Positions 57,298-64,000 of a stretch of 64,000 bases of DNA are shown in pieces. Within the stretch, counting starts at the first letter, position 1. Each line of letters starts with the position of its first letter. Below the pieces are notes generated by a model, which saw only the letters and a list, made by a program, of their open reading frames with translations, was not told where the DNA came from and did no database searches. The stretch is taken from assembly GCA_020850535.1 (NCBI GenBank), contig JADZEM010000116.1:45419-109418 (forward strand), read 5' to 3'. The stretch is from Chloroflexota bacterium. GTDB lineage: Bacteria; Chloroflexota; UBA6077; JACCZL01. Both the position numbers and the translations under genes were made by a program.

Positions 57298-58244
57298 ATG
57301 CTGCGCCGTTGACGCTGTCGCCTGTCGATCCTTCTGTCAAACTCGCCGTCGTGCTTGGCACCTACAACCGCCTCGACAGTCTCAAGATCTGCATCGACAG
57401 TATCGTTGCCCAGACACGGACGCCGACCATCGTCTACGTGTCCGATGCCGGTTCCACGGATGGCACCGTCGAGTACCTGCAGTCCATCGCCTCGGATCGG
57501 CTGGTGCCGATCCTGGTCGGCAGGAAGCTCGGCCAGGCGCGCGCGTACAACGACGTCTTCATGGCGCTCACCACACCGTACGTCGTCTGGATCTCAGACG
57601 ACAACAAGATCGTGAATCACGGGCTGGACCGTGCGGTAGACATCCTCGACCACATGCCGAAGGTCGGGATGGTCGGCGTAAAGGTGAAGGATGTCGAAGG
57701 GCCGTTCACCGAAGCGCCGTACCTGGGGGCGGTGTCGTCCATCGGCATCCTGAACGTCAACCAGGGGATGCTGCGGACGCACGCGCTCCAGCAGGTCGGC
57801 GGCTTCAGCGAGCGCTTCCGCGACTACGGCATCGACCCTGACCTGACGGCGAAGATCCTGTTCGATGGCTGGGACGTGGCCTACACGAAGGCCGTCGGCA
57901 TCCACCACTACCGGGCCTGGGCAGACGGCTCGGCGGCCAGCGGGGAGCAGCGCGCCCGCCAGCTTGGCTACGTCAACCTCTACGCCGAGAAGTGGGGCCA
58001 GTACGCCCCGCCCGATCTGCTCTGGAAGGCGCGCAAGAAGGCCTGGGGCGCGTTCCAGAAGGCGACCGGCCTGCGGATCAACTCGTCACGCACGATCCTG
58101 GGCCTGAACGGCCGCGACTGGTGCAACCTACTGACGGGGCGCTACATCTGCCTGCTGGACGCCCTCCAGAACCGGCGCCGGCCGTACCACCTGCTCCAGC
58201 GAGCGCCCCGCTGGAGCCGCCCGCTGCCGCCCGACCCTGCCTGA
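57294..58244 (+). CDS. Glycosyltransferase family 2 (second copy).
   Basis: LAVVLGTYNRLDSLKICIDSIVAQTRTPTIVYVSDAGSTDGT. ATG 57294 overlaps the upstream stop (ATGA). Confidence 0.75.
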   Translation: MNAAPLTLSPVDPSVKLAVVLGTYNRLDSLKICIDSIVAQTRTPTIVYVSDAGSTDGTVEYLQSIASDRLVPILVGRKLGQARAYNDVFMALTTPYVVWISDDNKIVNHGLDRAVDILDHMPKVGMVGVKVKDVEGPFTEAPYLGAVSSIGILNVNQGMLRTHALQQVGGFSERFRDYGIDPDLTAKILFDGWDVAYTKAVGIHHYRAWADGSAASGEQRARQLGYVNLYAEKWGQYAPPDLLWKARKKAWGAFQKATGLRINSSRTILGLNGRDWCNLLTGRYICLLDALQNRRRPYHLLQRAPRWSRPLPPDPA

Positions 58245-58387
58245 GACGCCCGTCTGGGGGCGACGTTCGTCACGTCCGCACCTCATATCTCGTTGTCCTG
58301 ACCGGTGAGCAGTTGCGCTCGCCGACGCCGATGACGGCGTGCACGGTCTTTGGCAGCCGCAAGGCACGGCTGTGAGGTGGCGATGCA

Positions 58388-59617
58388 ATGAACGGTCAGG
58401 AGCAGTTGGCGTCTCTCGTCCTGGTGATCGCGGCGGCGGTGCTCGCGCCGGTCATCGTTGACCTTCCGCCGCGACTGCGTCTGCCGGCCGTCGTGGTCGA
58501 GACGGCGCTCGGGATCACGCTCGGGCCACACCTGCTCGGGTTCGTCACGCCCAATCCGCTGCTCGGCCTGTTCGGAACGCTCGGCATGGCATTCCTGTTC
58601 TTCATCGCCGGCCTGGAGCTGGACTTCGGGCGGGTGCGCGGCCAGCCGCTGAAGCTTGCGACGGTAGGCTGGCTCGTGTCGATCGGCCTGGCGCTCGGGA
58701 TCGGCACAGCGCTCCAGAGCGTCGGCTTCATCGTTTCGGGCCTGCTGATCGGCATCGTGCTCTCGACGACGGCGCTCGGAACGCTGGTGCCGATCCTCCG
58801 CGATTCCGGCGATCTCGACACGCGATTCGGCACCCTGGTGCTGGCGGCCGGCACGCTCGGCGAGCTTGGCCCGATCCTGATGATCTCCGTTCTGCTCACG
58901 CGAGAGCACACCAGCCTGGTGCAAAGCGTGCTGCTGGTCGGGTTCGCAGCCGTGGCCGTGCTGGTGGCGTTCGTCGGTCTGCGCTACCACCCGCCGAGAA
59001 TCGTCAGGCTGCTGAACCGGACGATGCACGCCAGCGCGCAGTTGCCAGTCCGTCTCTCGGTGCTGGTGCTGCTGGCGCTGACGTTGCTGGCCGGTGTGCT
59101 GGGTCTGGACATGATCCTCGGGGCGTTCGCAGCCGGCATGGTCGTCGGGCTGGTGGCGCGCGGCGAGGCGGCCGAAGCGCTGCGCGACAAGCTGGACGGT
59201 CTCGGGTTCGGCTTCTTCGTGCCGATCTTCTTCGTGGTCAGCGGCATGAAGTTCGACGTGGCGGCCCTGTTCGACAGCCCGACGGCGATCCTGCGACTGC
59301 CGGTCTTCCTGGCCCTGTTCCTGGTCTGCCGAGGGCTGCCCGCGCTGCTCTACCGACGCGAGCTTCGCGGGCGCGACCGGGTCGCGTTCGGCCTCTTCAC
59401 GTCCACGGCGCTGCCGCTGGTCGTCGCGATCTGCGAGATCGGTGTGGAGACGAACCGGATGCTGCCCGAGAACGCGGCGGCGCTGGTCGGCGCGGGACTG
59501 GTCTCGGTCTTCCTGTTCCCGCTGTTCGGCCTGGGGCTGCGGCAGGCGTCGCGGACACCAGTAGGGGCAGCAGTCACGCCGGCGCACCTGGCGGAGCCAG
59601 AGTCCCGGGCTGCGTAG
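58388..59617 (+). CDS. Cation:proton antiporter (CPA/Kef-type Na+/H+ exchanger family).
   Basis: 409 aa and polytopic. LAPVIVDLPPRLRLPAVVVETALGITLGPHLLG...FLFFIAGLELDF is typical of Na_H_Exchanger family members. Confidence 0.8.
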   Translation: MNGQEQLASLVLVIAAAVLAPVIVDLPPRLRLPAVVVETALGITLGPHLLGFVTPNPLLGLFGTLGMAFLFFIAGLELDFGRVRGQPLKLATVGWLVSIGLALGIGTALQSVGFIVSGLLIGIVLSTTALGTLVPILRDSGDLDTRFGTLVLAAGTLGELGPILMISVLLTREHTSLVQSVLLVGFAAVAVLVAFVGLRYHPPRIVRLLNRTMHASAQLPVRLSVLVLLALTLLAGVLGLDMILGAFAAGMVVGLVARGEAAEALRDKLDGLGFGFFVPIFFVVSGMKFDVAALFDSPTAILRLPVFLALFLVCRGLPALLYRRELRGRDRVAFGLFTSTALPLVVAICEIGVETNRMLPENAAALVGAGLVSVFLFPLFGLGLRQASRTPVGAAVTPAHLAEPESRAA

Positions 59618-59672
59618 GGCGGCAACCTCCGTGGCGGCGCCCCAGGTGGGAGAGTCCTTGCCGACGAGGAAG

Positions 59673-59721
59673 GGCGCTCACCCCCCGGCCTCCGGGGGCC
59701 GGGGGCCGGGGGGTGAGCGCC
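59673..59721. terminator. Bidirectional intrinsic terminator hairpin between convergent antiporter and transketolase genes.
   Basis: Perfect 18-bp inverted repeat ggcgctcaccccccggcc / ggccggggggtgagcgcc with a 13-nt loop, seen in the sequence. Confidence 0.6.
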
Positions 59722-59743
59722 TCGTCCTACGACCGTTGCCAGT

Positions 59744-61660
59744 TCAGGAGCGGTGGCCGAGCGACGACGCGATGGTGTCCGCGAGGCTCCGGGCGTCCAG
59801 GCCGTGGTAGCGCAGCACCTCGTCGTTGGTGCCGCAGGCCGGGATCGAGCGGATGCCCAGCGGCAGGCCGCGCGGCGGCGTCGGCAGGCCGAACCGCGAC
59901 ACCTGGCTGAGCAGGTACTCGCCCTGGCCGCCCCAGACGTAGTGGTTGTCCAGGGTCACCAGCAGCGGGTAGCCATCCACCGTCTGCCGCAGCCACTCCG
60001 AGTCGATGCGGTTCAGCCACGGCAGGTTGACGACCTTCAGGCCGATGCCGCGCTCGGCGAGCAGGCGGGCCGCCTCGACCGCCTGCGGCAGCAGGACCGG
60101 GCCGTACCCGACGAGCACCGCGTCCTTGCCCCCGGTCAGGGCCACGCCGCGCCCCTCGACAAACTCATAGTCGTCCGGCAGCGTGTACGGGATCGTGCAG
60201 GGGATCGAGACGAGGCGCAGGTAGACCGAGTGCCGCGCCTGGGTCAGCGCAAACTCGGTCGCCAATGTCGTCTCGGCCTCGCAGGACGGCTCGATCAGGA
60301 TCAGGCCCGGCACCGACGCCAGCGTCGCGATGTCGCGGACCGACTGATGCGAGTGGCCCGGACCGCCCGGCACCACGCCCGCCAGCGACCCGACGTACAC
60401 GACCTTCGTGCGCTCGGTGGACTGGTTGTAGATCTGCTCGTTCGGACGCGTCGAGAGGAAGCAGGCGAACGAGTGGCAGACCGGCAGCATGCCGGCCAGC
60501 GCCAGGCCGCTGGCCTGGGAGACCATGTCCTGCTCGGCGATGCCGCACTCGATGAAGCGATCCGTGAACCGCTCCTCGAATTCGAGCAGGCCAGTGTCCA
60601 GCACGAGGTCGGCGTCGAGCGCGACGATCTTCGGGTCGTTGGCGGCAGCCGCCACCAGTGCCTTCGAGTAGGCCGGCACCATCCGCTGCACCGTGCCCGG
60701 GGCCGGGCGGTCGGGGAACGGCGCCGACTCCAGCGCCAGCTCGGCCTGCCCGGCTTCGCGGAGGAGCCGGTTGGCGGTAGCGATCAGCTCGTCGGCCATC
60801 TTCTCGTGGACATCGGGGGCCGGCGCGCCGCTGTGGAATTTGTAGAGGCGGTCGGTCGGAGCCATCGCCGTGTGCTCGGCAAACGAGACGCCGCGCCCCT
60901 TGATCGTGTCGGCCACGATGATCTTCGGCTTGTTGCGCTCGGCGCGCACGGCCGTCAGCGCCCGCTTGAAGTCGGCCAGATTGTGGCCGTCGCAGCGGTC
61001 CACGGCCCAGCCGTAGGCCCGCAGCTTCCCGACCAGGTCGCCCAGGCTGTTGACGCGCTCCACCAGCGTGTCAGACTGCACCTTGTTGTGATCCACGATC
61101 ACGGTGATCTCGTGGAGGCCGTGGTTCACGGCGCCGGGCAGGGACTCCCAGAACTGGCCTTCCTGTAGCTCGCCGTCGCCGGTCAGGACATAGACCTCGC
61201 CGTTCCGACCTTGCAGCCGGTTCGCCTGCACGAAGCCTTTCGCCTTCGAGATGCCCATGCCGAGCGAGCCGGTGTTGGCGAAGATCCCCGGTGTGTCGAT
61301 GTCCGGGTGGCCCGGCAGGCCGTCGAGCCGCCGCAGCGTGTGGATGCTCTCGAACGGCAGCCGCCCCAGCCCGATCAGCACCGAGTACAGGGCCGGCACG
61401 TCGTGGCCCTTGGAGCTGAAAAAACGATCCACCGGCGTCTCGCGCTCGTCCGCGAGCCGCAGCTCCTCCAGGTGCAGCCAGGAGAGAATGTCCAGGCTGC
61501 TGAAGGTGCTCCCCAGGTGTCCGGAGCCGGCTTTACCGATCATGTAGAGCGCGTTGATCCGGCAGGCAGCGGCGAAAATGGCGGCACGCTCGACCGCGCC
61601 AACCCGGAGGCTGCGAAGGCGCTCCAACTCGGCGGCCGGGACATAGACAAGCTCGGTCAT
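59744..61660 (-). CDS. Transketolase-family TPP enzyme (N- and C-terminal sections fused in one 638-aa chain).
   Basis: GKAGSGHLGSTFSSLDIL (TPP-binding N-section). GDGELQEGQFWES. The C-section has the Pyr and transketolase C domains (...GSLAGVVPGGPGHSHQSVRDIA...). Confidence 0.8.
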   Translation of the reverse strand: MTELVYVPAAELERLRSLRVGAVERAAIFAAACRINALYMIGKAGSGHLGSTFSSLDILSWLHLEELRLADERETPVDRFFSSKGHDVPALYSVLIGLGRLPFESIHTLRRLDGLPGHPDIDTPGIFANTGSLGMGISKAKGFVQANRLQGRNGEVYVLTGDGELQEGQFWESLPGAVNHGLHEITVIVDHNKVQSDTLVERVNSLGDLVGKLRAYGWAVDRCDGHNLADFKRALTAVRAERNKPKIIVADTIKGRGVSFAEHTAMAPTDRLYKFHSGAPAPDVHEKMADELIATANRLLREAGQAELALESAPFPDRPAPGTVQRMVPAYSKALVAAAANDPKIVALDADLVLDTGLLEFEERFTDRFIECGIAEQDMVSQASGLALAGMLPVCHSFACFLSTRPNEQIYNQSTERTKVVYVGSLAGVVPGGPGHSHQSVRDIATLASVPGLILIEPSCEAETTLATEFALTQARHSVYLRLVSIPCTIPYTLPDDYEFVEGRGVALTGGKDAVLVGYGPVLLPQAVEAARLLAERGIGLKVVNLPWLNRIDSEWLRQTVDGYPLLVTLDNHYVWGGQGEYLLSQVSRFGLPTPPRGLPLGIRSIPACGTNDEVLRYHGLDARSLADTIASSLGHRS

Positions 61661-61720
61661 GCGGATGGTTCCTCAGAATGGGCGCAGAATGAGTGGGCCA
61701 ACCGGTGGCCCCGAGTGAGA

Positions 61721-62488
61721 CTAGACATCGACGGGGTACGGGGTCGCCGTGACTGGCGGCAGGCTCGCCTCGCCGGTCGAGAGCAGGTACTCGGCGTAGA
61801 TCCAGTCGGCCACGTCGTTGACGTCGTACCCCTCGTCGCCCTCGGAGATGAAGGGCACGTACGAGTCGCCGGCGATGGTCCGGTTCTCGAAGATCACCCG
61901 GCTCCAGGCGATCTCCAGACTGGCGTTCTGGATGTAGACCTCGGGGAGCGTCGGGTACTGGCTGCTGTGCCAGGGCTGCTCCTTCGGGCCGATGGGCAGC
62001 AGCGGGAACATCCGGTGTCCACGCACCACCCACATCTTGCCGGGGTGCTGCTTGCACTTCTCGACGGCCCGCAGCGAATCGACGCCGTCCTCAGCCAGGA
62101 AGGTGTCCCAGGCTCGACGAATGGTGTGGGCCTTGCGGAACGGGCTGGTGGGGCGCAAAATCGCGAAGCAGTCGTAGTTGCGGCCCTCGTCGCGCAGCCG
62201 ACCGAGCGTGTACTCGATCCACTCGATGTCGGGGGAGCGGTCGCCGGCGTACTCCTCGGGCCGCAGGAACGGCACGGACGCGCCGTAGTGCGTGGCGATG
62301 TCCGCGAACTGCTGCGAGTCCGTCGAGACGATCACTTCGCCGAAGATACCGCTCTCGACCGCCGCCGCGATGGTATAGGCGATGACGGGGTGGCCGGCCA
62401 GCGGCTTGATGTTCTTGTTCTTGACGCGCTTGGAGCCGGCCCGGGCCGGGATCAGGCCGACGATACTGGGGGTGCGCTCGCGAGGCAT
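61721..62488 (-). CDS. CMP-sugar cytidylyltransferase (CMP-N-acylneuraminate / CMP-Kdo synthetase family, NeuA/KdsB-like).
   Basis: VGLIPARAGSKRVKNKNIKPLAGHPVIAYTI is the signature N-terminus of the CTP_transf_3 family. Confidence 0.8.
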   Translation of the reverse strand: MPRERTPSIVGLIPARAGSKRVKNKNIKPLAGHPVIAYTIAAAVESGIFGEVIVSTDSQQFADIATHYGASVPFLRPEEYAGDRSPDIEWIEYTLGRLRDEGRNYDCFAILRPTSPFRKAHTIRRAWDTFLAEDGVDSLRAVEKCKQHPGKMWVVRGHRMFPLLPIGPKEQPWHSSQYPTLPEVYIQNASLEIAWSRVIFENRTIAGDSYVPFISEGDEGYDVNDVADWIYAEYLLSTGEASLPPVTATPYPVDV

Positions 62489-62527
62489 AGTCGTCCCCTC
62501 CGGCGAAGGAGTGTACCAGAGGAGTTA

Positions 62528-63058
62528 TCAGTCATCCTTCTCCGCGTTCAGAACACCTGGATGCACGGGCGAGACTCGCAGGCCAGCTGCGTGGAGACCT
62601 TTCCAGAGCAGCTTGTGTGTTCGCGCTTCCACCATCGTCGACGGGTCTTCCCACGCAATCGCACTGATCTCGTCCTGATCCTGGCGCCACTGTGGGTCTT
62701 GTTCGCCATCGACATAGCCGTGAAACAGCAACTGCAGCGAGCGCACGAAGCTCTGGTCTCTGTGCATGAGAAAGTTCCACTCAAGGATGCAGAGCGGGTC
62801 GTCGGCGGCAGCGACGAAGCGATACCCTGTTTCCTCCCAGCACTCCCGGATCGCAGCGTCAAACACCGATTCGCCCGGTTCGACCTCGCCGCCCGGTGGG
62901 TCCCATCGGCCCACACCTGGCGTTTCCACGACGAGCACCCTGCCGTCGTCGCGTGCAGCGAGGACGTAGCTGGCAACCCGCCAGGGAACCGGCGAGACAC
63001 CGTCGTACAGCCGCCGCTCACCGAGATGGTTCGAGAAGAGCGTCCCCGCTAGCACCAC
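62528..63058 (-). CDS. NUDIX hydrolase.
   Basis: Nudix box GGEVEPGESVFDAAIRECWEETG. Confidence 0.8.
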   Translation of the reverse strand: MVLAGTLFSNHLGERRLYDGVSPVPWRVASYVLAARDDGRVLVVETPGVGRWDPPGGEVEPGESVFDAAIRECWEETGYRFVAAADDPLCILEWNFLMHRDQSFVRSLQLLFHGYVDGEQDPQWRQDQDEISAIAWEDPSTMVEARTHKLLWKGLHAAGLRVSPVHPGVLNAEKDD

Positions 63059-63121
63059 CGCGACACTCCCTCGTGCAGCAGATCGGCACGATGCACACGC
63101 GTCGGGGACCGAAAGCCCCGC

Positions 63122-63934
63122 CTACCAGACGGTGATACCGCCGTCCACCTGGAGGTTGATGCCCGTCACGTAGGCCGAGGCGTCCGACGCCAGGAAGACC
63201 AGCGGGCCGACCAGATCGCTCGCAACCGCCATCCGGCGCAGCGGGATCTTGGCGTTGAGCTTCGCCTTGAACTCCTCGTCCTGGCCGCCCAGCACGCCGC
63301 CCGGAGAGAGCGCATTGACGCGGACGCCCCGCGGTCCCCAGAACCCTGCCAGGTACTTCGTCATGTTCAAGACGGCCGCCTTCGACGCCCCGTAGGCTGG
63401 CGGCTTCAAGAACGGCGGATCGAAGCCGAGATGGTCGTAGAGGCGCATGTCGGGCGAGATCACGGCGTACATCGAGCCGATGTTGACGATGGACCCGCGC
63501 CCAGCCTTCGCCATCTCGGTGCCGAAGACCTGGGACACCTGGAACGTCCCGAACGTGTTCACCTGCAGCACGCGCTGGAAAACGTCCGGCGGGATCTCGT
63601 CGATCTCGTACTGCGGAGCGTCGGTGTTCGGCGGCTGATCGATCCCGGCGTTGTTCACCAGCACGTGCGGCACGCCGAGATCGGCGAGGATCGCGTCGCG
63701 GGCGGCGTCGAGCTGCGCGCGATCACGCACGTCGGCGCGGTAGAGGCGCAGCCGGTCCTTGCCGTACTGCCCCTGCAGCGTCTCGAACTCGCCCGCGACG
63801 GGCGCACCTGCCAGGTCGACGCCGGCAACCGTCGCGCCGGCGTCGAGCAGGCCGCCGATCCAGATCGGGCCGAGCTTGCCGAGCGCCCCCGTGACGACGC
63901 CGACCCGCCCGGCCAGTGGCTGTGCTTCACTCAC
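63122..63934 (-). CDS. SDR family oxidoreductase.
   Basis: GRVGVVTGALGKLG (Rossmann). YGASKAAV (YxxxK). Confidence 0.85.
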   Translation of the reverse strand: MSEAQPLAGRVGVVTGALGKLGPIWIGGLLDAGATVAGVDLAGAPVAGEFETLQGQYGKDRLRLYRADVRDRAQLDAARDAILADLGVPHVLVNNAGIDQPPNTDAPQYEIDEIPPDVFQRVLQVNTFGTFQVSQVFGTEMAKAGRGSIVNIGSMYAVISPDMRLYDHLGFDPPFLKPPAYGASKAAVLNMTKYLAGFWGPRGVRVNALSPGGVLGGQDEEFKAKLNAKIPLRRMAVASDLVGPLVFLASDASAYVTGINLQVDGGITVW

Positions 63935-63949
63935 GGTCGAATGCCGTCC

Positions 63950-64000
63950 TCAGCGCGCGTCCACGCTGGCAGCGACCGGCGAGGCCGTTGCCCCGAGATG
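63950..64000 (-). CDS. 3' end of an upstream minus-strand gene (partial, about 17 codons in window).
   Basis: A TGA stop is on the minus strand at 63950-63952, 15 nt upstream of the SDR start, and the open frame continues to the window edge. The product is unknown. Confidence 0.25.
   Translation of the reverse strand, partial: HLGATASPVAASVDAR

Noticed and set aside
1-64000. CRISPR arrays, rRNA genes, integrase/transposase/phage genes, and toxin-antitoxin pairs.
   Set aside because: No regularly spaced direct repeats, no rRNA-like conserved blocks, and no ORFs with recombinase, transposase or TA hallmarks were seen. The tRNA-adjacent low-GC patch lacks any recognisable mobile-element gene.

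Overview
The window is a 64-kb stretch of a high-GC (about 70%) bacterial chromosome. It is densely coding on both strands. Many adjacent genes overlap by 4 nt (ATGA or GTGA), which suggests translationally coupled operons.

Features, left to right:
- An acyl-CoA carboxylase operon on the minus strand: biotin carboxyl carrier protein (runs off the window), biotin carboxylase, and carboxyltransferase beta subunit.
- A multidomain hybrid histidine kinase.
- pcm, a 2-phosphosulfolactate phosphatase family (ComB-like) protein, thrC, and a glyoxalase-family (VOC) protein.
- Four paralogous GT39/PMT-like polytopic membrane glycosyltransferases, at 7111-8697, 11524-13872, 37603-39075 and 39072-40538. 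One is fused to an NHL beta-propeller and carries a (PGPIA)x4 tandem repeat.
- A DUF3090 protein and a CAP-domain secreted protein.
- A convergent tRNA-Leu(TAG)/tRNA-Ser(GGA) pair beside a roughly 700-bp noncoding patch of reduced GC.
- ggt, a FolP-FolK fusion, and a secreted M1 aminopeptidase coupled to a membrane protein.
- A UPF0210/DUF711 family protein, an amidase coupled to a methyltransferase, a truncated luciferase-like-monooxygenase (LLM-class) oxidoreductase, rsmD-coaD, and a NERD-domain membrane protein coupled to a large S8 subtilase lipoprotein with five tandem C-terminal domains.
- Two copies of a MITE-like inverted-repeat element (33106-33224 and 42838-42936) and a trio of small genes.
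- A minus-strand operon: LysM protein, short-chain dehydrogenase/reductase (SDR), carboxymuconolactone decarboxylase family (CMD) protein, alpha/beta hydrolase and two GT39-like genes.
- A SufT-like DUF59 protein, a family III CoA-transferase, and a second threonine-synthase-like PLP enzyme next to a dual-specificity phosphatase.
- A glycan-assembly locus of about 19 kb (44991-63934): Wzm/Wzt-type ABC exporter, two FkbM methyltransferases plus another SAM methyltransferase, two GT4 and two GT2 glycosyltransferases, two paralogous 570-aa GT-B-like proteins of unassigned family (possibly KpsC/KpsS-like), and an embedded cation/H+ antiporter.
- A minus-strand transketolase / CMP-sugar cytidylyltransferase / NUDIX / SDR operon, which looks like a pathway to an unusual CMP-activated sugar.

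No CRISPR array, rRNA, integrase or transposase was detected.

The most promising leads are the glycan locus with its unassigned 570-aa paralogs and CMP-sugar operon, the fourfold GT39-like expansion, the NERD-subtilase pair with its novel repeats, the MITE-like element family, and two structured low-GC noncoding regions.
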